This document shows, in pieces, positions 35,672-48,815 of a DNA stretch of 64,000 nucleotides. The stretch comes from Cycas panzhihuaensis (lineage: Eukaryota; Plantae; Cycadophyta), in NCBI GenBank assembly GCA_023213395.1, contig CM041465.1:207583741-207647740 (forward strand). Reading direction: 5' to 3'. Under the pieces are notes generated by a model. It did not search any database, had not been told where the DNA came from, and was given only the letters and a program-made list of their open reading frames with translations. Each line of letters begins with the position of its first letter. Positions within the stretch are counted from its first letter, which is position 1. The position numbers were made by a program, and so were the translations under genes.

Positions 35672-38600
35672 TGTTAGAATATTAATGTTTTATCCTAAGC
35701 TTTGTACTATAGTGTTCTTTATGTAAGTTGAGGGTTAGGTCTCATTGTCCCTCTTTCATCTTAAGACGACACTTATTACATAAATCAACATTTGTCATTC
35801 ATGTACAAATCAATTACGTAAATCTATTGTATATAAGAGAGATCATCCTCTTTCATTGATTAATGAAGCAACATTCATTTTATTCAATTCAATTTTTCAT
35901 CACGGTATTAGGCCAAGTCTAACAGAAAGACAAATTAAGGCCAGATTGAGATATTGAACCTGTGTGTTTAAGAAACTAAGAAAGAAGCAAGAAGACAAGT
36001 TTTGAAGGGAAATTAAAGCCTAGACGATGCTGTACGGAATTGTATGGACCTGTGTGGGCAAGAAAATCAAAGTGCTTAGAATTGAATGAAAATTCACTAG
36101 CATAGACGTCCCTTTGAGTAGATTCCATAGTCCCAAAGAAGCGATTGCAAATTTAGACTCAATAAGTGAGAAAACACAAAGAAAATAGTGTGCACCGTTT
36201 TCTTCTAATTTTCTTCGTCTCAAACCAAGTGGTCTTAAAATCTTCCTTATGTCATAATCTTTCCATTAAGTGTAAGATTGGAAGATTTTACTGAGGATTT
36301 TTTAGGTTATGAGCAAAACCGTGATCTCAACCTTAGCCGCCCTTCTTTATTTCAAATGAATTTTCTTCCAGTCCAGAACTTCACTCTAAAATCCAACTTT
36401 AGATCTTTATACAGGAAGTCAATAGCTACATTTTGAGGGACCTTTTTTAGGGTTCTATACACCTATGCTTTTTTTGTACATCTATATGGCCATATGGACG
36501 TGGATTGTCATAGTCATCCAAAAAGTTAAATCTGTCGTTTCTCCTTTCGAGCACTGGAAAATGGCCACAATCTACTCTTTGGGACGGTTAGATAAACTAA
36601 TAGGCCAAAATTATGCTACCTAAAAAATTAAAATAAAGAGGCTTTTAATTGCACAAAATGCTTGGGATATAGTTATTGAAAAGGAAAAGAAACTAACTGT
36701 TGATGCTGCAAAAATTGTTAGTTGAGAAAAAAGAGATAGACAAGCTTTAGTTATAATTACTTTGTCCATAAGTGATTTAATCTTGACACATATTAGTGAA
36801 GCTACTTCCTCAGTCGAAGCCTGGAAAGCTCTTGCTTCACTATATAGTCAGAAGAATGAAGCTCACACCATCACTTTGAGAGAACAATTTTATCGACTTC
36901 ACCTACGGGAGGACGAACAAATCACAGACTTCCTTACCAAATTGGTAGAAATCAAAGATAGTCTAGCCTCTGCAAGTGAATCAAATATCAGACACTAAAA
37001 TTGTTCGCCTAATACTTAGTAAATTACCAAAATTTATTGACAATTTGGTCAATCCTCTTACTGTTGGAGGGCAAGCTGGAATCATGTCATTCGATACTTA
37101 TGCATCTTCTTCAATAAGAGCAAAGAATTCATAGATATGAGGACGAAACAAAGATCGAAGAATCTTTCGTCTCAAGGCTTAGAATTGGTGAGCAAGGAAG
37201 CGACTCAAGAGGAAGGTCAGTAGAGACAATAATCGGTAGAGGAAGATTTATTAGAGGATCAAGCAAAGGAAGGTCAGCAAATACTCGGGTATGTTATCAT
37301 TGTGGAAGATCAGGTCATATTGCTACAGAATGTAGAATAGTAAAAAGTCGTCCTTCTTATTATTATGGAAGGTATGGACATCTCTCAAGCAATTGCTTCT
37401 ATAAAAGAGATGAAATTTCTGAAGGAAAATATGTTGAAGGCAATTACAATAAAGAACAACCCAAGGATGAAGATGAGGAAGAGACCACCTTTGTTGTTCC
37501 TCTAGACCCATGTGCTCGATATAGTGAAAATTGGTTCGTTGATTCTAGCTCCTCAAATCACATGACTACGAGAGAATATTGGTTGGAAACCCTATAGCCA
37601 TATCTAACAAACAAAAATGTAGAGCTTGGTGATGATTATTCTCTGAAGATTAAAGGCAAAAGAACCATAGCAATCCAAATCAAGCAAGATATCAAAAAAT
37701 TTGCTAATGTGTTGTTTGTTCCAGGTTTGAAGAAAAATCTTCTTTTTGTATCACAATTAAGAAAGCAGAAACTTCGAGTAATATTTCATAAAGATGGAAA
37801 ATATTATATTCTTGATATAAAAAAAAGAGGTGAAATCATTGTCAAAGGGATAGAAACTAATAACTTTTACAAGTTAGTTTCTATTCCCATTGTCTCTTCT
37901 GTAAACATCCTTATTGTTTAGAATAATGATAATGAAATCTTGCATTCTCACTATAGACATATTACAAATGATAGATTAAAAATGCTAAAAAATCATGCTA
38001 TGTTTGATGGGTTGCCTGCAAATTTTACAGTAAATTCCTCCATTTATAAAAGTTGCATGTTAGACAAACTACACAGAATGCCATTTTAAAAACGTAACCT
38101 AAGATCCCAAAAAAATTGGAATTGGTTCACAGTGATATATGTGGACTAATCATAGCAAACTCTGTAAATGGTGCTAGGTATTTTCTCACTTTCATAAATA
38201 ACTTCACCAGAAAAGCTTGGGTGTTTTTCATCTTTAATAAATCTGAAGTTTTTGATTGCTTTGAAGAATTTAAAGCTCAAGTTGAGTTGGAAAGTGGGCG
38301 CATAATCAAAATGCTTAGAATAGACAGAGGTAGAGAACATGTTTCAAATGAATTTTCAATTTTTTGTAAAATTCATGGCATTCGCAAACAAATTACTACT
38401 CCATACACACCACAATCAAATGGAGTAGTTGAAAGACTAAATAGGACTATAACAAAAATGGCTCAGTGCATGATAAAAGAAAAAGACGTTTCAAATATAT
38501 TTAGGGTTGAAGTAGTTAATATTGTTGTTTATTTAATAAACAAATGTCCCACAAAAGTTCTTAACAAAATTACTCAAGAGGAAGCATGGATAGACAGAAG

Positions 38601-40861
38601 ACCAGATGTAAGTCATCTAAAAACTTTTGGAAGCATTACTTATGTGCATATTCCAACTCAAAAAAGAGAAAAATTAGATGATAAAGGCATTGAATGCATT
38701 GTGGTAGGGTATAGTGCCAAGTCAAAAGCCTATCGCTACATAGATGTAAAAACAAAGAAAATCTATATAAGTAGAGGTTCAACCTTTGATGAAGGTATTT
38801 CAGTCAGTAAAGATACTAGCTATTCTCAAAAAGGGCATAATATTGGAGAAAAATGTAGAATTTTCCAATAAAAATAGTATAATTGAGGATGAATCAACTC
38901 CTCAAAAAGACACAGAAGAGTCAGAAACATTGCTTGAAGAGGAAAGACGAGAATATCCCAGGAAAAAGATTACCTAAGTGGTACCTAAAAACTGTTGAAG
39001 AATAAAAAAGAGATATGTTTGAGCACAAAACTAGATCTTAAAGGCATTAAGCTTTGGCCGGTTCAATTGAACCTCAAAGTTTTCAAGAACCCTGGTTGAA
39101 AACGGAATGGCAAGAAGCTATGGAGAAAGAAATGGAATCTATAAATCAAAACAAAACTTGGGAATTGGTTTCTCTGCCAAAAGATAACCCTGTTGTAGGT
39201 TGTAAATGGGTATACAAAATAAAAGAAAGCCAAATGGAAGTGTTAAAAAGCATAAAGCTTGGCTTGTAACAAAATGGTATACTCAAACTATGGGCATAGA
39301 CTATGAAGAAACATTTGCTCCCGTGGCAAAGCTAATAACTATCTGCATAGTTATAGCATTGGCAGCCCAATATGGATGGGAATTTGTGCAATTAAATGTG
39401 AAAAGTGCCTTTTTAAATGGTGATCTTAGTGAAGAAGTTTATATGGAACAACCACCTAGGCATATAAAGAAAGAAGAAGAACAATTGGTCTGTAGATTAA
39501 AAAAGGCATTATATGGTCTAAAACAAGCACTTAGAGCCTGGTATGCTAAATTGGATCATCATCTTTAGAAAAATGGTTTTAACAGATGTGAAGTTGATCC
39601 AAGTCTTTACATAAAGAAACAAAAAGATTTGATTACCATAATTGTGGTAAATGTAGATGACTTAATTGTCATAGGCAATGATCAAAAAGCCATCAACTAG
39701 GTGAAAACACAGATGGAAAATAATTTTGAAATAATCGACATAGGTGCACTTCAATGTTATCTTGGCATAGAAATTAAACAAGCAAAGAGCGGGATCTTTA
39801 TGTCGCTATTCATGTAAGCCAAGAATCTTCTAAAAAGATTTAATATGGAAGAATACAATCCATGTGCTACACCTATGGAAGCATGTTGTGTTCTAATTTT
39901 TCGTGAAGACAAACATCAAGAAGTAAATGAAACTCTCTTCAAACAACTTGTTGGAAGTCTCATTTGCTTAACAACCACTCGACTAGATATATCTTTCTCT
40001 ATTGGAGTCATCTCCAAATTCATGCACAATCCAAGGGCTATTCACTAGAATGCTACAAAGAGAATCTTAAGGTATATCAAAGGCACTTTGAATCTTGGAC
40101 TACAATATGTCAAAGTAAACAGACCAAGCATAATTGGATTCATTGACTCTGATTGAGCTGGAGAGTCTCAGGAAATAAAGCCCACATCAAGTTATTGCTT
40201 TAGTCTTGGAACATCTTTGACATTATAGAACAACAAAAAACAACCAACAATAGCCCTGTCCTTACCAAAAGTTGAGTATAAAGCTGCATTAAGTGTAACT
40301 TGTGAAGCAGTTTGGCTTAGACAACTCTTGAATGACTTAAATCAACTCAAAAAGCAAAAAGGGTGTCAAAAAGCAACTACAATCTACTATGATAATCGAT
40401 GTGTGATCAAACTTGCCAAAAATCATGTCTTCGATGCAAGGACCAAACATATAGAAGTTCATCATTACTTTGTCAGAGAAGAAGTCCAAAATAAAGACAT
40501 TCACTTACAATATTGCAGCAGTGATCAACAAGTTACAGATATCTTTACAAAACCACTATCAAAAGATAAATTTCAGTATTTTAGGGATTTGCTTGGGATG
40601 AAAAATAAAGAATAAAACATTAAGGGAGGGTGTTAGAATATTAATGTTTTATCTTAAGCTTTGTACTATAGTGTCCTTTATGTAAGTTGAAGGCTATGCG
40701 TCATTGTCCCTCTTCCGTCTTAAGACGACACTTGTTACATAAATTGACATTTTTCATTCATGCACAAATTGGTTATGTAAATCTATTATATATAAGAGAA
40801 ATCATCCTCTCTCATCGATAAATGAAGCAACATTTATTTTCTTCAATTCAATTTTTCATCA
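35672..40861 (+). mobile_element. full-length but degenerate copia element
   Basis: 231-bp LTRs 35672-35902 and 40631-40861; PBS-like CGGTATTAGGCC; PPT AAGGGAGGG; decayed TSD TTGGC/TTAGT; gag, CYHCGRSGH knuckle, PR, INT, RT, RH in order. Confidence 0.95.
38116..38871 (+). pseudogene. copia integrase core
   Basis: LVHSDICG, LRIDRGRE, TPYTPQSNGVVERLNRT, KLDDK. Confidence 0.92.
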
Positions 40862-43800
40862 TTAGTTGTTGCCACACCTCCATGCCTAGAAAATAATGGA
40901 GAAGTCCAAGATCTATCATCTTGAACCTTCTCTTAAGGTCATCCTGGAGAATCTGTATCATCTTAGTGTCATTCCAAGTGATCATTAAGTCATCAATATA
41001 TAAAATGACAAAGACTTCATGGTTGTCCCTAACCTTTATGTATAAGTTAGGGTCGGATAAAGACCGATGAAACCCATGTCTCTGAAAGTAATTATCGATT
41101 TTTTAGTACCATGCTTGAGGGGCCTATTTTAAACCATACAAAGCCTTTTTTAGGCAACAAACCAAATGTTCTTTGGCATGTGAAATGTAGCCAAGAAGTT
41201 GCTCCAAATATACCTCCTCTAGAAGATCGCCATTTGGGAAGGTACTCTTCACGTCCATTTGGTAAATTGGCCATTTGCATTGAACAACGAAGGCCAATAT
41301 TAATCTGACAGTGTTCATATTAGCCACTGGTGCAAAGGTCTTCTCATAGTCAATGTCTTCTTTCTATTTGAATCCCTTACCAGCTGGTCAAGCCTTATGA
41401 TACTCGATTGAACCATCAAATCAGAATTTGGTTTTCTATATCCATTTGTAGTTGATTGCCTGTTTTTATTTAAGCAATTCAACCAAATCCCATATTTTAT
41501 TCTTGTCAATAGAATGGATTTCCTCATCCATGGTAACTTCTCACTTTTTATTTTTATATGCCTCCTCAAAAGTGAAAGGCTCATCAACATAAAGCATTTC
41601 AGCCATAAGTGCATAGTTAATTGATTGTTGCCTCATTTTTTATGGATATTTTCCTTTAATTATTTGTCCATCTTGTATTGTTTGTGTGTACTGTTTGGGT
41701 AACTTCTTCATTGTTGTAATTGTAACATCAATAACCTAGATTATAATTATGTACAACCTCAGTAGAGCTACCAAGGTCAAGAGGAGTTGGTGATGATGAT
41801 AGAGTTGAAATAAACGAAGAAGCAGTAAGAGTAGAAGAAGAACATGGTGTGGGAGATTGTGAGGGAAGGAAGTACTCAACAATCTGCTTGCCTTTGTCAA
41901 GAGGTAGATGGATGGATGTTGGGTCCATCTCCCCATTATTCTCAGCGAAGATAACATCTCTTATAACATGCATTTTCTTCCCTGATTGTACATTTTCCAC
42001 CTTTGAACAACACACTCATCTATTGCTTATCCATTTGGCTAACACATAGTAAATTCTTGGGCATTGATGGTACCAAGAATGCATCACCTATGAGAAATAT
42101 TGAAGCAAGGTTATCTGAAGAGTAGAAGGAGGCAATTTTGCCCACTCTAAATATCTAAATAGTTTCATTATTGCCAAAAGTAATTATTTTCCCCTTTCTT
42201 TCACCAATGAAATAGAGAAAGCCCACGTCCTTTGTCATGTGATGAAATGCCCTTGAATTGACAATCCATGTATTGTTAGTGTTTCTGTTATGATAGGCAC
42301 AAAATAATTTTTTACCATTTAAATATTGATTTGCGTGGCATTGATTGACACCTCTAAATATGCCCCTTCCTCTTTGACCTCCTCAAAATCTACCTCGATT
42401 TGGTCTATGAGGGGGCTGCTACTACTGATGCTGCTATTGTCTCTATTGCTGTGATTATGAATGTTGTTGTTGCTGCTGCAAATCAAGCTGTCTCTTCCGA
42501 CACTGATAAAATGTGGCCTATTTTGCCACAATAATGGCAAACAACATGCATGGCTTTTGATGTGCCAAGGTTAAGGTTTCCAAATTATTTATTGAGATTT
42601 TATTTAAGAGTGTGTTTGCCTTTGTCTTGAGCAATAAATGCTCTTGATGTAGATGCTTCATCTTGACAAGAGTAGGTTTGCTCCTCTCACAATAAGAAAC
42701 TTTCAAGTTAATTAAAAGTCAAAGTGCCAAGTGTGTCTCCTCTTGTGATTGATGAAATAAAGCCATTGTACTCGTGGTAAAGCATGAATCATAGCAATCA
42801 CAAGGTCTTCATTTGATGTCGATTTCCCCAATGTAGTCAATTGATTGTTGATTTCTTTGATAGAAGAAAGAAAAGCCGTCATAGGCTCAAAAACTTTACA
42901 ATAAATAACTTTGCTTTTGATATTACAGTACGAGCATTGTCTAACCATTCATACAAAGAAACCAAAGTATCCCATGTATCTTTTGAAATATCAACACTTA
43001 CAATATTTTGATCAACAATGTTATTAATGGTTATATGAATGAAAGCTAAAGCTATTTCATCCTTAGCTTCCCATACAACAACTAAAACAATATCGACAAG
43101 AACTGTTACATTTTCATTTGTAGGACTTTGAGTTGGTACAAGTTTTTTAATCTTTCCAGACACAGAACCCCAAAGTTCATTCATGATAAGTAAATTCTTT
43201 ACTTGCTTTGTCCATTCTCGAAAATTATCTTGTACACTTAATTTAATATGGCTTGCATTAAGCATGTTGATAACCGACATTAGGTTCAAGTTGTTCAGAA
43301 AAATGCTCTTGTAGCTAAAGAAATGACTTGGCAACTCAAAGCTTTTGTCGCTTAAGTTCCACTGACAAAATAAATCGATAGTCCTGATCTTACAAAGAAG
43401 ATCCAATAACTGACGAGAGTAGGTGAAATTGAAAGTTGGTCCAATCCTGATCTTTCAAATAGATCCAACAGTTGGCCAAGGTTGAGTTTTAGAACAAGCA
43501 AAGTAGGGTTGATCTGCACAACCGTACCATACTTTCCTTGAAGTTTATAACTCCAATAACACCCTTTTGAACCTTCTTTCCTTCAAATATGTCTCAATTG
43601 TTGTGCACTGACTGTACGGTTGGTTGGTCCTCCAGGGAATGCACCAATCTTAAGACTTAGAGGCAAGGTTTGAAATATTTTTGAGCCTCTCCCACATAAA
43701 TTTTAATCAATTTTTTAAGTGCTTAAGTGGATTAAAATGATATGCTTTTGAGATAATGATAATGCTTGCTTGAAGCTTATTTGAGACTTGATACAAAATG

Positions 43801-46207
43801 CTTGAAAATAGAGCTACTAAAGTGCTTGAAAGAACACTTTAAGTGTTTTAAAAAAAAAAAAACACTAAATACATTAAAAAAAAGAAAAAAAAATTCAAAT
43901 GCCAAATGAAAAATAGTTGCTTCTGTTTTTAAATGCCAAACTGATCACTTCATGCATGGTTTAATCACTTTATGCCAAATCACATGCTACCAAGAAGACG
44001 TTAGGACTATATATTAGTTCTAATGTGGACCAAGAAAGTGTTTTTATATTAAAAATAAAGGGATTTTAGTCCTTTTTTATGACTAGCACTAATGAGGTCA
44101 CCATATAGGAAGCCTTTAAAAACATGTACAATGTGAAATTTTCACAAAAAGTACTAAATACTTATCAAATCACTGATTTTTTTAGTTAGAAAACACATGC
44201 AATTTTTTTTATGTGTTGAATAAACTCAAAAGTAAAAAGGGTAAAGTGATTTGGTTTAAAAGTGGCGAAATAACATTGAAAGACCACTTTAAAAGGAACT
44301 TTAGGAAATATGAAGTTTATTCCATATCACATACCCTAAAGATAGATTTATCATGTTTAAAATATGAAACTTTTCATTCAAAAATCAAAACAGCAGCATG
44401 GGCAGAAAAAAATACACACACAAACAAAATTTTTGATTGAATGGAGGACTTAATCCATGATCCAACTTCAACTTTGTATTTCTCTATTATGTGTGATGAA
44501 TTTGAGATTGTTTTCTTATGATTTTGTGCAGTGTAGAGGAAGAATGAGTTGCTTGGATGTTTGGTTGGGTGCACAGACAGTATGAGGAACGGGTGGACAA
44601 CCATCACTTAGAACTTAGCCGTATGGAGTAGATCTTCCTCTTTGCTATCTGGATAGAGTAGTATCACATGCAAAGAACGTCAAAGATGAGCCAACAAGGA
44701 GAAATGACCTTAGACGATAGTTTTCTTTCTTGGAAATCTGCCCAACACATTGAGAAATCCGCCCAATAGTATAGAAATTTGTTCAGGTGTAAACAATGGC
44801 AGATAAATGGCAAGTGTAGAAGGTTTGAGGCTAGCAAGGAGTGATTTACACTAAAAATCTATAAATTTAGTGAGAAAAAGTGCATGAGGGGTACATTGAC
44901 CCTCAAGTTACAACATTGTACTTATTAGAAAGAATGTGGGTGTGTTACTTTATCACATTGAATGGTGATGTGCTTACATAAACTACATAACAATATAAAG
45001 TACATGACGTAACATTTAAACATAAAGGTCTAACAATATGGTTGATATTGTGTATGTTACTCATATGCTGTAATGTTGTAAAGAGGAGTACTAACATGCA
45101 GTAGTCGTTAAAGGAGCATGGACTGATGAAGACCAACATCTAAGTGTAAAGGGGCCACAAGATTGATACATTAATGGGTAATTTTGGGATGTTAATGTGT
45201 TGAATTTCAGCCAACATTCATGCCTTTGGCCCACTGTTGGGTGAAGGATCTAGTTGCCACACTCCACTACACTAAAGCAATGGTATATAATAAGAGCAAA
45301 ATAAAGAGAACAAGATTCAGAGCAAAAATGAGAGGTGATAATTATTACTCTCCCTCTCACATTCAGCCTTTTATATCAGAGGATGTGCATTAGGGTTTCC
45401 AAAGGAGTTTTCCGCTTAATGACATAATCCCGAAATTACACTTAAATGTAAATGAAATTACATTTAACTATGTGACTTAGCTAACCTAAAGTCACCTTCA
45501 TATAATTAATCTCCTTCATATAATTAATCTAATGACCTTGATGCATTAACACCCATCAATCTCTCCCTTAAAGGTAAAAGGTCATTATGATAAAATCTAT
45601 TCTATGAGGTCTTCATTTAAGCCTCATTATTACATTGACACTTTTGTGGGAAAACCCTCATGGGAAATAAAAATCCACGAACTTTCTAAAATCTATAGCC
45701 CCTTAAATCAAAATGGCTAAGGTGGCTCTTGATGTAGCCTGATAGCCAAGCAGCTTAAATGTGTAGCTTGATTTGCTGAGTCTCCATATACTGTTTGGTC
45801 ATCCCCCATGCCCTTTCAGGTTTTCACAAGTTCTGATTTTCTAAGACTAGTACAACCCTTATCCTTCTGTGCCCACAAGGGGTTTTCACAAATAGGATAG
45901 AGCAAAGACTTACTCTTATTCTTTCGCGCCCACAAGGGATTTTCATGAATGGAATAGAGTATACTGATCATGTTGTCATCTCCTCCAATCAGTCAGAGAT
46001 GGAGGCTCGAAGGCCGAGCTGCCTACGGAACTGTTCAAACTTCACCCTTTGGAGCGGTTTGGTGAAGATATCGGCCACTTGATCTGCTGTGGGGTAGTAC
46101 TCCAGTTGAATTGTGTCGTCATGAACTAGTTCTCGAATCCTGTGGATTTCTGTACTTATGTGTTTGGTATGATCATAAAATACAGGATTTTTTGCCATGT
46201 GGATTGT

Positions 46208-46828
46208 TTATTGATTATCCACACAAAGGCTAGTAGGACATGTTTGGGTCATATTCAATGTTTCCAATAACTTCCTAAGCCATATCACCTCCTTGCTAGT
46301 CTCAGAAGTAGCAATGTATTCAACTTTGGCAGTTGAATCAACAACTGTCTTTTGCCATCTAGATCTCCATGATATTACTGATGTTCCAAAAAATGTTACA
46401 TACTCGGACGTGGATCTCCCTGTGTCTTTGTCTCCGACAAAGTCTGAGTCTACGTATGCATATAGTTTGAACTCTAAATTGGGTTCATGTAGTAGACCAT
46501 ATTTGCTAGTCATTTTAAGGTACCTCAACACTCGCACTATTGCCTGCCGGTGATTCTGCTTAGGATATGTCATGTAACGAGCAAGAATACCGATAGAGTA
46601 TGCAATATCAAGTCTTATATTCGTAGTATAGATAAGACTAAGTGTTGCGTCTGCTTCTCGATCATCGCCATTAGTTGTCAGTTTGACATTGGGTTCCATT
46701 CGAGTGGCTATAGTTTGAGCATCTTCCAACTGAAACTTTGTTAGAAGATCGTTGTTGTACTTTTCTTGAGAAAGAAAGATTTTGCCATCTTTCTGAGTGA
46801 CTTCAATGCCCAAGTAGTATTTCATCAA
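46208..46828 (-). pseudogene. copia RT C-terminus/RNaseH
   Basis: YYLGIEV, YVDSDF, ISWRSR, EYIA. Confidence 0.9.
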
Positions 46829-48143
46829 CCCAAGGTCAGACAGTTCGAACGTTTTAGCTAATTCCTTCTTTAGATGGTTAATTGCCTATTCATCGTTTCC
46901 CGTTATAAGCATATTATCCACAAAGATTAAGAGATAAGTGATTTTATCTTTTTGGTGTTTGATGAACAGTGTTGCATCAATATCCTGGTAGTCACAAACC
47001 TCATATCCAAGTCGCCTCATTCTTTCTGACAACTTGGTGAATCAGGCACAAGGGGCTTGTTTAAGGTTGTACAAGGACTTTTTAAGCCTGCACACCTTAT
47101 GCTTTAGACTAGCAATCTCAAATCCTTCACGCTGAGCCATATAAATTTCTTTTTTAAGATCACCATTGAGAAATGCAGTTTTTACATTGAGCTGGTGAAT
47201 CTTTTAGCCCTGTTGAGCTGCCAAGGCCATGAGAGTTATGATTGTGGGCCACTTGGTTGTAAGAACAAAGACTTTAGTGCAATCAATGCTTTCCCTTTGT
47301 GTGAATCCCTTTGCTACCAACCTCGCCTTGTGTTTTTCAAGGGCGACATCAAATCTATATTTATTTTTGTACACCTATTTATTTCGAACTACCTTTCTTT
47401 CAAGTGGTAGGTCGACGAGCTCCCATGTACCGTTTTTTATAAGAGATTAATACTCTTCCTTCATGGCATTCCTCCAAGTTGTGTGTTTTACAACTTCTTG
47501 GTACAAGAGGGGCTCTTCATTGAGAGCAAGATGCAGTTCTGCTGGTTCTAACTCAATGAAATGTGATTCCTGCATCTTGGCTCTGTAGCCACTTCAAGTG
47601 CCAATTTCGCCCACCTCATCAGGTCGTATATCCTTATTTAGTTGGCGGGCTTCACGAGAACCTCGAGTTGGGAATGAGGTCTTCATTTCTTTAACTAGAT
47701 GGTCTTCGTTTGAATCCTGAAAAGGATCATTTTGCATATTTGTTGAGGAGGATGTTGACGCATCTGAGGAGCATAGTCCATCTGCCACTGCTTTGCCTTT
47801 GTCAACTCTATTGTTCTTGAATGGTGGTGCATGATATGCACACATTGGTTGAGAGTCATAGCTACTATCCTCTGTGGCTCTATTGTCAGATTCCAATACT
47901 TTGAGTAACTCTTGAGCGTCTCCCCCCCCCCCCCCACCCCAATTTTGGAATCTGTACATCATATTGAGTAGCATCATAATAATGACAATTCAGTGTTTTG
48001 GAGTCCAAATGTAATAATTGATCCTCTGTTTTAGTAAACACCACGTCTCTAATGACGATAATCTTCTGCTGTGAAGGTATAAAAACCTTGTACCCTTTCT
48101 TGTCCATAGGGTATCCAACAAAGATGCCTTTAAGTGCCCTGGG

Positions 48144-48815
48144 CTAGAGTTTGTTTCTATCTCCATCTAGTATATGGGCATAACATGTTGATCCAAATAT
48201 TTTGAAGTGGTAGGTAGTGGGGGCCTGTCCAATCCACTTTTCATTAGGAAAAGTTCCTCCTTTAAATGCGCTGACAACATTCATGCAATAAACAGTTGTC
48301 CAAATTGCTTCCGCCCATAGGTAAGCAAGTACATTTTTATAAACCAACATAGCTCGAGCCATATTCATAATAGACCTGTTCATGCGCTCGGCAACTCCAT
48401 TCTGTTGGGGGGTGTCTGTTATTGTAGTGTGATTCTTGATGCCATTGTCCCATAGATAGGTTTCAAAGTCAGTAGAGGTATATTCTCCACCATTATCTGT
48501 TCGAAGACACTTAATCTGATAACCTGACTCATTTTTAGCGCGAGCTTTAAAAGCTTTAAAGACACCAAATGACTCATCTTTCCTGGTCAGAAAAGCCACC
48601 CACACTTTCTTGATAAAATCATCAATAAAGGATATATAATATAATTTCTGCTTCAACGATGGAATGGACATTGGTCTGCATAGATTAGAGTGTACCAATT
48701 GAAGAGGATGACTCGATTTCCACTGACTATGCTTCATATTTAAAGGGCTTGGAGGAGAACTTGGGCAGACCTGGAAGGGTTTGACAAAGGTCTCTAAGTC
48801 AATTGATAAGAACAT
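48144..48815 (-). pseudogene. copia integrase core
   Basis: LRTDNGGEY, TPQQNGVAERMNRS, LWAEA. Confidence 0.92.

Larger units (their letters stand above)
34394..45035 (-). mobile_element. copia element (family of 1-2023), integrase deleted, split by copia 35672-40861
   Basis: 3' LTR ~34394-34843 with PPT (cccccctt on plus); RH/RT 34860-35671 and 40862-41620; gag 42300-43280; 5' LTR remnant ~44860-45035 ending ggtctaaca. Confidence 0.85.

Noticed and set aside
45120-45140. CTGATGA hammerhead/retrozyme core (also CTGATAA on the minus strand at ~51031-51037)
   Set aside because: No properly placed GAAA or helices; the second motif is not CTGANGA
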